Source of the DNA: Tubiluchus corallicola
Lineage: Eukaryota; Animalia; Priapulida
Assembly: GCA_030141605.1 (NCBI GenBank)
Contig: JAQGDQ010000013.1
Span: forward strand, 820,447-884,446
Direction of reading: 5' to 3'
DNA length: 64,000 bases
In this document: piece by piece, positions 27,401 through 37,500 of the stretch
Layout of the letters: the number at the start of each line of letters is the position of its first letter
How positions within the stretch are numbered: the stretch's first letter is position 1
Notes under the pieces: model-generated
The model's input: only the letters and a program-made list of their open reading frames with translations
What the model was told of the DNA's origin: nothing
The model's database searches: none
Program-made: the position numbers and the translations under genes

Positions 27401-30400
27401 AATAAATCATTGCCTACTTGAAGAATCATTTCAAGAAATTCGTATTTCGTGTTTCAGTCAGAAGAAGACAAAGATGGCGGCGAGTCCGTGTATTACTACA
27501 ACACTGTTGTGGTAATGTATGAAGCTGAATGGGCTGTGTTGCATAGATCAGACAAAGCCTACAGGGTATCGTGTGAGTTCAGTGGTACAGGAACACAGCT
27601 TATTACAGCTGGTCCAGTTGGAGTACCGTAAGTGATTACTGCTCATCTTAAGATCCAGTTTCGCTTGAATTATAATAACTTTTGTCAATGATTGTCAACA
27701 ATGAAGGCTTATGTAGCGCCAATGAGTCCTTTCACAGCTTCGTTGTGCGCACGCACAGTTGCTGAAGGTTAAAGGTTAAGTGTGCCACAGCAACGCGTCT
27801 TAACTACAACCGACACATGACTTGTGGGTAAAGCAAATTCGCCTGTCGCATCAGTTTCGTAACTGCAGTCGTTTTACGTGGACTTTACTTAACTATGCAT
27901 TAGTCTGTCTGTAGAGTGATTTACTAGCAGGATCTTGCTTGGGAACAAGAAAAAATGAATTGGGTAAGGCTGTAGCTAGCTGTTAAAACTGTTACTATTA
28001 CTATTGCGTGGGCTGCAAGGCGTTGTGAAGTGTACACAAATGTGTTGTCTGGTACACTTGACCTTTGACCTCTTCATGATCATCATCAATCGCTGAAACT
28101 CTAAAAAGGCTTATTACAATTATATAAACGTCCACACTAAGAAATTGCCAATCTCTGACATTAATTGCACATGTTCTATTACAGTGGTTTGGGCGTTACA
28201 GACGTTGCGCCAGGAACCGTTGAGCTGCCCAGTTGCTGGATGAAAGTTGTACCTGGAACTGATCCTCTAGCTGATGAAGTTGGTGAATTCATGCTCGGCG
28301 AAACTGCTATGCTTGTGGTTACTTTGCATGACAATCGTGAGTAGTGTCTTACGCTCTTGAGTTCCCTAAGGGTCATTTCACATTGAGGATGTAAGCAAAA
28401 GTGATGCACGGAATTGCTGTCATTTTCTCAAAATTTCAGATTTTTTTCTCGAAATCGTTAAATGAGAGATTAAATCTTAGAATTTATGTTAAAATATGTT
28501 TATTGTTGTTCGCTGAATAAGAAAGAAGTAATTAAGTAGCTAAGTTTAAAGATTTGTCAGGAAAATCGAACATGCAGTATTTCTACCATGCAGCAAAATT
28601 CTGCGAGGAATTGTACAAGGAATTTCGCCGCGTGTCCTTACTGTGAAATGGACTAATGCACTAATTTCTTCACTGGACATAAGATAACAGTTTAGAAACT
28701 TAGAGTGTTAAAAGTCACCACCGTATTACGATTCCTCTGTTTCCTGTCTATGATTGGTCAACACTACTGCCCAGCAATGGTGCCTCCGTCTACCAAACCA
28801 ATTATTGAATAAACGCTAGTAGCCTAGTACCATCTTTAAATCTACCCCCAGTCAACACTGTTGCTTTAATATATGTCTATTATAATTATTTTCTTTCGGC
28901 TCATGAAATAAAGATTTAAGATTTTTCACTTTTCAAGTAGACTGTGGCACTAGCTAAACGGGTTTTCTTGTTTTTAGATAATTTTGATGTTTTCGTGTAT
29001 GACTGTTACGCACACGACGGGCAAAATGTTCTTAACGTTCAACTGGTGGATGAATTAGGGTGAGTTTCAAGGACTGGTAACATGTCTGACAATAGCTAAC
29101 ACGTCACAGACGGTTTGAATAGCACGTTCTGCTAAAAATTAAACATTAAATTTCATTAGATTAGATTAAATTAGATTAGATTAGATTGAATTAGATTGGA
29201 ATAGATCAGCTTTGATTAGGTTATATTAGATTACATTAGATTAAATGAGATTGCTTTGAATTAGATTGTATTAAGTTAGATTAGATTAGATTAGATTTGA
29301 GTTGATTAGATTGGATTAAATTTGATTAGACTGAGTTAGATTAGATTAGCTTAGGTTAGATTACATTCGATGAAACTGGTAGATAAGTTCGGGCAAGCTT
29401 TACTGAGCATGGATTGGTTTTGTGGTTTTTGAGCTTCAAGTGATTTATGATGACTTCTCGTATCATACACATCAAAACTAATGATATGTTATGGATGTGG
29501 GCAACAGGTAAGAGCCAATTGACTTATTTATCAGATCCACGTTTTCAGTTTTCGCTGATAGTACCACATTTTTGTAAACACATTTACACTTTTCTCAGTT
29601 TTTGGCGATGATAATATATTCATGCAAATTTTTGCCGTGTGTATTGACTGATTTTAATTGCTGCTGTTGTTGTTGAGAAACCTAATGACATTTTCAGTTG
29701 TCCAGTTCACAAGAAGGTGTCCATGTTTGATGTGGTCAAAGATGACCAGCTAATAGAAGGAGAGACGTTAGTTTACCTGCCGTTCAAAGTGTTCAAGTTC
29801 CCGGATGTTGATCAAGTTTATTTTCAGTGCAAGTGTCGGATTTGCGTGCATGATTGTGGCCTGGAGGTAACTCTTTGATTCTAAGAGAAACAGTTTTAAA
29901 GGAAAACCGGATGATTGGTTAGATGCAATCTCATCTAAATTTACTGTCCAAAATGTACATTTTCTTGGCTATAAAGGTCACGAATTGTTTCTAATATTTG
30001 AATAATTACCTTGGAAAGTTAGCTAACTGCAACCGAACACAACTATCGCTTACGTCACAAACTAACCACAAATTGGGCAATGATAGGCATCTTTTCTGCG
30101 TGCCATTTACGTTCGCTATAAGATGCTAATGTGGTGTCACGACAATGAGCTCTACGTCACACGACGTCACAGATGAACACTGCAGTTCATGGTCATAGTT
30201 ATCACGGTACCGCGGCTATTTGACGGCCGCGCGAATGTGACAAAAAGGCACCACTGACAGTCTTAGTGGAACCGCTGAGTTGCGCGTAGCTTTGAAAGAT
30301 TAACAAAATTTTACTATTTGAGATAATTATTATTTAATCTAAGCTTCGATTTAAAAAAAGCTGCTGTAGTTGTCAATATTTTGGAGCCTAATTTATTTTG

Positions 30401-32470
30401 AACTAACGTCTACACAATCGTCCGGCTGTCCTTTAATTTGAAAGTAGTAGTGAGACTTATTTTATACCGTAATTTTATAATTTGTGATTCGTTTTGGCTT
30501 CTGGGATTCAAAGCTTTTGACTATTGGACCTAATTCTACAGTGGTATTTTTAAGTGGAAAATTATTTCTGAGAACAAGCTTTAGGTGTGCACGGTGGTGT
30601 ACACTGGAATACGTTATAACAGCCATTGAATTATGATTTCACTAATAACGTATTTTAGCAGAAATTAAATTTTGATAGCAACAATGTTCAATATTTTACA
30701 ATAAATGTTTAATATGAGCAATATATTCAGTGTTGAATATGAACAATCTTTTAGGATGTCCAGCTTTGCGACAAGCAGCACAAGCAACAAGACACGACAG
30801 GCGACAGAAGAAAGAGACAAATATTGAACAGGGAAGATCTTCTACCGTCGACAATAAAGAATGGGACAGACCTGAATATCTACAACACAATACGAGTTGC
30901 TATCCCTGAAGAAGGAAACGATGATATGATTGGTACGAATTTCGAATGTCCAAACTTTTCAAATATAATGTGCTTTTTATATCAGCGTTGAGAATATGTA
31001 ATATCTAATTATTATTATTATATATGTCTGTTTAGTAAACAATGAATACATTGTTTCCCCTCTATTTGCAGGGGTTTGTTTACAAAATTCAGTATAACTA
31101 TTTACGGAAACAATACTATACATAATTCAATTTTTGTACATACATACATACATACATACATACATACATACATACATACATACATACATACATACATACA
31201 TACATACATTAGTACTAGTTAATCCCTGTGTTTCAGTTTGGCTATTTTACTTTTACATAACTTTATATACACCAAAAGCACTAATATAACTTTCATATTA
31301 AGAATAAATTTAAAATATGTACTTATTATGCACTATAATTTGTATAATGACTTCGTTTCAATGCTGTTCATGTTTTTCTGTAAATATAATACCTAAAATA
31401 TTTATTATAGCATTTTATGAGATATTTGCTACTTGAGTTTAGTAAATGAGGAAGGAGTTTACAATTCCCCGCACAATTCAAATACCCTCGCCCTAAACTT
31501 AGCCCTAAATTTAACCCTAATCCTGATGTTAACCCTGATCCTAACTCAAACCCTAATCCTAACCCTAAACTTGACCCTAAGCTCAACCCCAACCCTAATC
31601 CTAACTCAAACCCCAACTCGAACCCTAATCCTGACCTTAAACTTAACCATAACTTCAACCCTAACCCTGATCCTAACTCAAACCCTAATCCTAACCCTAA
31701 ACTTAACCATAACTTCAACCCTAACCCTGATCCTAACTCAAACCCCAACCCGAACCCTAATCCTAACCCTAATATCAACCCTAACCCTGATCCTAACTCA
31801 AACCCGAACCCTAATCCTAACCCTAAATTTAACCCTAACCTTAACCTCAACCCTAACCCTGATCCTAACTCAAACCCCAACCCCAATCCGAACCCTGATC
31901 CTAACTCAAACCTCAACCCCAACCCGAACCCGTTTCACGGACTAATTTCTTGTGTGTCGGGAATTGTAAGCTTTGGCCATAAATGACCATTAAGATAACG
32001 AATTCATTTGAAGCCAACTTACACTTTAACGAAAATTATTGGCAGAAGTAGGAATCAACTGTGAAGTACATCTTATGTTCCAAGTCATCAGGTCATTTTC
32101 AATGTCATTTGCCCTTGATTTAACGCTTTTAATTGTTGTGATCAAGTATAGTCCTGTTATGATCAAGCATTGCCTATACATATAACAACTGAACTTCATG
32201 AAGGAACGTATTGCATATTTTGGCAATTTTGAAGTATAACGACAGTCTATTACTTCTTTAGAAAAAATTCACCGCAAGAGGGAGCATGGAGTTTATGGTC
32301 AGCGTCAGAATGTGGATCAAATGTGCCTAGCCAAGACAACATTCACGGCAGGTGTAGCCGTGATAGGTGCCATCCTTGTTGTTGCTGTCATGGTCAGCTG
32401 CATGATGTGTTTTAAACTGAGAAACAAGAACAAAGAAAAAGAGCTTCATAATGGCGGCCCGTCGTATTGA
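14782..32470 (+). CDS. Cuticlin-type zona pellucida (ZP) domain protein: signal peptide, N-terminal repeats, ZP module, furin site, TM helix (539 aa, 11 coding exons)
   Basis: Phase-consistent GT-AG exons: 14782-14823, 19722-19799, 20145-20326, 22712-22881, 24833-25020, 27458-27627, 28185-28336, 28978-29059, 29698-29866, 30755-30932, 32262-32470 (1620 nt). Motifs: [21 protein letters not shown] signal; [35 protein letters not shown]; [16 protein letters not shown]; PSCWMKV; [23 protein letters not shown]; [25 protein letters not shown]; RRKR; hydrophobic TM then basic tail. Confidence 0.92.
14930..15258. mobile_element. hAT-type MITE
   Basis: CAGGGGTGCCGG ... CCGGGCCCCCTG termini; 8-bp TSD TGTAGGAT / TGTAGAAT (7 of 8 match). 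Confidence 0.8.
15378..15920 (-). mobile_element. L2/CR1-type LINE 3' end with (AAT)n tail
   Basis: ORF 15660-15917 reads [38 protein letters not shown], a decayed ORF2 C-terminus, followed by a 3'UTR and a simple-repeat tail at 15378-15438. Confidence 0.7.
17575..17790. repeat. 12-bp tandem repeat (CCTAGACTTACA)n
   Basis: Directly visible. Confidence 0.93.
18013..18169. mobile_element. Small TIR element (TA-CCC...GGG-TA)
   Basis: TACCCAAGCAAAACAAAA ... TTTTGTTGTGTTGCCTGGGTA with internal AATGTTG repeats. Confidence 0.7.
20690..21330 (+). mobile_element. Decayed CR1-like LINE ORF2 3' region
   Basis: Frameshifted motifs [12 protein letters not shown] and [27 protein letters not shown]. Confidence 0.8.
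21564..21894. mobile_element. hAT (Charlie-like) MITE
   Basis: TIR CAGTGGTTCCCAAA ... TTTGGGAACCACTG; perfect 8-bp TSD TTTTAGAT. Confidence 0.92.
22125..22723 (+). repeat. 75-bp tandem array x8 containing the splice acceptor of ZP exon 4
   Basis: TTTTGGTTGATACTTCAG|AT(T/C)ACCAG recurs with the AG ending at 22187, 22262, 22337, 22412, 22487, 22561, 22636 and 22711; the last copy runs into unique exon sequence. Confidence 0.95.
23907..24306. mobile_element. hAT-type MITE with TTCGAA subterminal repeats; related partial copy at about 49598-49990
   Basis: TAGGGATGAG ... CTCACCCCTA termini; degenerate TSD CTAATAAG / TTAATAAA; internal TTTGAAACGTCA..AGCACAATTTAGCTGCA shared with the second copy. 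Confidence 0.7.
25537..26467. mobile_element. Non-autonomous hAT element, possibly nested in an older hAT remnant (about 25129-26746)
   Basis: CAGGGGCGTCGTGC ... GCACGACGCCACTG termini; perfect 8-bp TSD AGTAAGGC. Confidence 0.9.
27135..27330. repeat. (ATAAT)n / (ATATG)n microsatellite
   Basis: Directly visible. Confidence 0.95.
27740..28095 (+). mobile_element. Interspersed repeat family; copies at about 38340-38565 (+) and 45845-46200 (-)
   Basis: Shared core TCTTAACTACAACC..GTAAAGCAAA..TATGCATTAGTCTG..GATTTACTAGCAGGATCTTG in all three places; subterminal inverted AAAGGT(C/T)AAGTGT. Confidence 0.8.
29155..29365. repeat. Degenerate (ATTAG)n microsatellite
   Basis: Directly visible. Confidence 0.9.
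29896..30436. mobile_element. TTAA-flanked non-autonomous DNA transposon (Kolobok-like)
   Basis: TTAAAGGAAAACCGGA ... TCCGGCTGTCCTTTAA; a full-length related copy lies at 43564-44085. Confidence 0.8.
31137..31209. repeat. (TACA)n microsatellite
   Basis: Directly visible. Confidence 0.95.
31450..31978. mobile_element. TIR element with an internal degenerate telomere-like (CCCTAA)n array
   Basis: GGAAGGAGTTTACAATTCCCCGCACAA ... TTGTGTGTCGGGAATTGTAAGCTTTGGCC inverted ends; flanking GTAAATGA / ATAAATGA duplication; about 440-bp hexamer core with roughly 60-bp higher-order periodicity. Confidence 0.8.
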
Positions 32471-33840
32471 AGACGAATGTTTGAAGTAAAGCTGTTAGAG
32501 GTGTGAAATCTGAGGGGTTTAACTAAGATTCAAAAACCGAGCAAAACCATTCCTATATTTGCTTTGTGGGGCAATTGTGGCTTTTTGCATTTGGGGCAGC
32601 ATTGCATTTATTCGATGATCCAGCAATATGGTATGCTGTTTGTGTACACAGGTTAAATTCGCTATATAGGCCCACATTCTGCGTAGTTAACAGAAGTAAT
32701 ATCAGCACGCTTCATGCTAAGTTAAACCTATCAAATTACATATTACAAGCATGTTATAGTTTATCGGATAATGGGATCTACCCACTGTTCTGTCATCTGG
32801 GTAAATTCACAATGATTTTTACAACGTAGGATTAGCAGCAGTGTATGATAATGCCAAAATGTGTACAGAAGCACATTGCAAAGATTCTTCAACATTAAAT
32901 GTCTCGGTATAATTGTACATTTAGAGTTAATTACTGAAAGAAGACCTGTAGTAGACATTTAGTATGACACACTATGTCTTACAATGGCTGATGTGCAAAA
33001 ACAAAATTAAAGAATTAACGTTTTTAGCAGGTGAATATATAATTTAAGCAACAAACTCACAACTCAGTCATGGTTCACCCTATTGGTAAGAAGCAAGGAA
33101 TTAGGACAAAAAAATTACCACACATTCAGAAAAGAAAGGGCTGGTTTAAGAATTAATAGCAATTTGCTGATGCAAGTCGTGTGTTTTTTTATATAACTTT
33201 GGATATAAATTATTATCAACACTTTGAGCTTTTTATTTTACTTGTATTATAGTAAATACTCAAAGTTTTGTATCTGTGATAACTTTTATTATTGTTGCAC
33301 ATTTGTGTTGTGGCTTAAGTTAGTTCACATGTATTACTGCACAATTGTTGTTTTCATATTCTTAAGTTAGTTCACATGTATTACTGCACAATGTTGTTTT
33401 CATATTCTTGGTTACATTTCGTTTAGAATATTGTAAACTCTTTAATGTAAATGTTGTAAGGCTGGATTTTGAAAGAAAAACCCTTAAAGCAAACGAAAAA
33501 CACTTGTTTAGAAGTCGGTAGTTAGTGCATGGAAGGTGTGAACGGGCCTTAACAGTGGGTAGAGATACTCATCTCAGTTTTACATAACTAAACGAAATAC
33601 CAAAATATGGCAAACTTGTTACCAGTTATACAAGAATTTTTGTGTTTATTATATGAGCTTTTTGACAAATCTGCCGTCATAGTTTTATTTTGATGATTAT
33701 GAGCGTTAAGGATAGGATAGTTATGGAATTCAATCTTTGTTAAACTAAGGGCCATTACCTCATTTTTTAGAAATGTCAAAAATATTCAATTTTTGTAAAC
33801 TTGTCAAGTTGAAGTATATGCCTGTAATGCACTCACAATG

Positions 33841-33850
33841 AATAAATAAA
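33841..33850 (+). terminator. Candidate poly(A) signal of the ZP gene
   Basis: AATAAATAAA followed by T/GT-rich sequence, about 1.4 kb after the stop codon. Confidence 0.45.
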
Positions 33851-33908
33851 CGTTTTGTTCAATTTTTAAGTGCTGGTAGCTTTTATTTTTATTTAAAACA
33901 TGATATAT

Positions 33909-33936
33909 GGAGGGAGGGAGGAGAGGAGAGGAGAGG

Positions 33937-33996
<60 letters not shown>
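33909..33996. repeat. (GA)n purine tract between the convergent 3' ends
   Basis: Directly visible. Confidence 0.95.
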
Positions 33997-34000
<4 letters not shown>

Positions 34001-34051
34001 ATACCATTTATAAAAGACAAGTCACACAATAGTAATATCTTTTGTATCAAC

Positions 34052-34057
34052 TTTATT
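34052..34057 (-). terminator. Candidate poly(A) signal of the TDRD5-like gene
   Basis: AATAAA on minus about 480 nt after the stop, followed by a GT/T-rich element. Confidence 0.55.
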
Positions 34058-34533
34058 AAAATAAAAAAGTAATACTTTTAGAAATCACAAATGTACGCAA
34101 AAACATTGGAAAAACAAACAATTCTTTACTTTCTACACGAACTGAAATATTTTTGGTAACATAGAAAATTTACATCGTGGAAAACACATGATCACATCTC
34201 CGGTTAAGCCTGCAAACAGTTTTATACCATAATAACCATTTGTCACAACCTAAAACATAACACATTAAAAACTATCTTTAATAAACTGAACTTCGACGTG
34301 ACGGAAACAATTAAAATTCAAAGTAATTGTAATAAACACACAGAAAACATAAAAAAGCATTTCTAAATCCTATACAATATAACACAGAATGTATTTACAA
34401 GCAGATCCAAACTGGTGTAAAAACACCTTCATAGAAACAACACGTCTGTTTGAAACGGCTATGGTGCAAATAAGTCGACAATGATGGATATAACAGCTTT
34501 AGACTGTTTCCACGGGAATAATCCAGACTAGAT

Positions 34534-37500
34534 TTAATTGAATTTAGTAACATCATACGTGTACTGAGTAGGCTGCGGTAGACGTTCGTTAGTTTCCGAC
34601 TGTTGTGTGAACGGCAACGGCTGATACGACTGAGCCACTGCGTGCCACTGTTGTGAGCTTGGACGCTGATTGTTAATTCCCTGCGGTAGCTGAGGAAACA
34701 TGTGAGGAGGATACATCATCGCTGACTGCTGCTGGTATGCAACTGGCACACTCCGTGTTATTGGTGCAGCATTATAATGAGACTGAGGAACTTGACCAGG
34801 GTAAGAACTCACCGAATATGTCTGCATGTACTGGGGTTGGTAAAATAATGCCTGAGGAGGAATGTACGTTGCCTGCAGGAAAGCTTGGGCCTGAGGAGGA
34901 TTTGCTTGGGCTACGGGAAGGTTCGTCTGAGACTGTAGATTTGGTTGAAGTTGAGCTGAATTTGCGCTAGATGGCAGCCATGTTGTGGCAACTCCTGGTG
35001 TTGCTTCCGTGTTGCTAGACATTTGCACTACAGGATCACTATCGGATGTTTTAAATGGAGACACCAAACCGATTTTCGTAGTGTTAAGCCCGGCATTTGA
35101 CGAGTTCGGAGCTGCGATCTCTTTCTGCAAAGGCTCGACTGAAGGAGACTTCCTTTCCGCAACATGGATTCCCTTTTTCCCTAAAAATGCAACAAGAGCT
35201 TGAAGATCTTCAACATTCATGGCATCTGAATCAGTAGATCCTTCTATCTTCTTCAGCAAGTCTTTTATTCCGCTATCCTTATCCTCTTTACCGATGGAAT
35301 CCTTTTCTACTAAGATCTTCTTTGATGAGCTTTGGTCAACATTTGAAGTCTTTCCTTGATCATTTATCATTTTACTCGGCTCTGGGACAAAAGGTTGAGC
35401 CTCTATATTAGGCGATAAACTGACATCTTTTTGAATGACAGGTGCATCTGCAGTTAACCTATCCGAACCCACATTCACATTTCTGTTTTCTAATCTCTTG
35501 ACAAAATCTTGCAGAGGATCAACAGTTGATTCAGTTTTTTCCGACGTGACAGAAGCACTTGAATTAGAAAAAGCCACCGAGGTACTGGCAGAAGCAGAGT
35601 TAAACGTTTCTTCTCGACTTTTGAACTCTCTAAGTGGTTTCAACTGCAACCTGTCTTCATGCTTCTGTAGTCGTCTGAGAAATTCCATGACTGCGTCATC
35701 ATTACTCTGATCTTTCTCATGTCTACAAATCTGTTCCTTGTCTATGCCCATAATCGCGGCTTCTAGACTCGCGCAAGACAATATTTGCTCTGGTTGCTTT
35801 CTGTTTTCATCTTGTCCCATACCTAAAAGATTAGCTTCTAGATTAGCGCACGATCTCATGTAATTCTTGCATGTATTCTCATACTCTTCCTCAAGACTAA
35901 GTAGCATGCCTTCAGGCTCGTGATGATCGATATTCTCCCCCGTTGACCAAATTGCACTTTCCAGTTCACTGAACATTTCATTTTCGGACTGACTGTATGT
36001 CCCACTGTACACGGGCGTTTCTTCCGTAGTGGGCACGGTATCGACAGATATTTGACAAATATTGGAAACCGAAGCTTCATCAAATGCTTGAACGTGTAAC
36101 TTATCGAGCATGGCAGCAAATGCATGCTCGTCACCAGTGTTTAAAACAATATCCTTCGTAGTTTCATCAACTGCAGTCTCTGTCATGTTCACGTCGCTGA
36201 TGACAGTGTCGCCCGCAGGATTGGACGGGGACTTAGCAATTGTAGTCCAGGTTTGCCACAAAGTTGTCTGCTCTCCTTGTGGACCAGTTGGCGCCGCCGC
36301 AGTGACATCATGTACTGGAGAAGAACAGGGCGACAATAAAGCCGTAGACCTTGCAGATACGTAGGACGATACCCTTGAAGCAGATAATGATGAAGCAGAT
36401 GAAGCTTGATTTACAGGCCAAGAATCTGATGGCAAAACAGGCAGATTATTTTCAGCTATTTTAGTTGACAAAGCATCGGCAGCGAACTGTGCCTTGTCGT
36501 ATACTGGCTCTGATGTGACAACTACAGAAGGCATTCCTTTCTTTGCATGATTAGCTTGTAATCGTTCAGTGGGATCAAATTCACTAGCTTTTAATCCAGG
36601 CCCTATAAAAAGTAACAAAAATGACATACTTTATGAATAGTGGCACAACTTTAGACACAATGAAATATCTCGAAAATAAGGTAATATTAGAATCTGATTA
36701 CGTTATTGGTATTATACCACAACAATAATGACAGAATTGCCCTAATAAAATTATGTATAATAAAACCAGCTATATTTCAGTAACATTTGCGCACGGTCCC
36801 ATAGAAACTATTGTTAATAAAACTTGGTTAATATAACCACTGTGCTATTTAATAAAACCACATTTTTCAGTAACTGGGGAAAAAAGAAATGTATTATTGG
36901 TATTTTGTGTATTTTTTAAGATACACAGTTGAAATTCATGTCTTCTTAAGTCAAGACCACACAGAAGGTAAAGTCAGTTGTTTTATCATAACTTCTCAGC
37001 ATGTACAACTGATAGAGTGCAACTTAGTCTGTTCTCTGTTTAATGAATTTGAATCACTGTCGTATACTTCTATTAAACAAACAAAACGTTTCGTGGGCTG
37101 CTCCCAAATTGTCAATTGTAAAAAACTAAACTGTAAATATTCATAAAAGTATTAAATTTTATCACTGTTGTATGCATGAATAATACTGTAGGCGTGTCAC
37201 CGAGCTGATGACTGACCCATGTTTAACTGCCATAATAATAATTAAGGTGAAGCGTTTACGTACAGTACTTTGTCAAATACACGTTTTTGCAACAGGCCAC
37301 CACATAATAAAACCGTTGTTTTTAAGACCACTTATTGCTGGTCTCCTGGTGGTTTTATGGTGGCGACTATTGCACATGATTATAATAAATTCCTAGTACT
37401 GCTAAAAGTACTTTTGATAGATAACTTCATAGTATATATAATTTCTGTAGCTACTTTAGCAGGTCTTCATCATTCTTGATCAACTGCGATCAAAGGATCT

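Noticed and set aside
31368-31945. 184-aa and 170-aa Gly/Leu and Thr/Leu ORFs
   Set aside because: Translations of the hexamer repeat inside a ZP intron.
34737-36364. Several 70-90 aa ORFs overlapping the large TDRD5 exon
   Set aside because: Shadow ORFs with no recognisable motifs.
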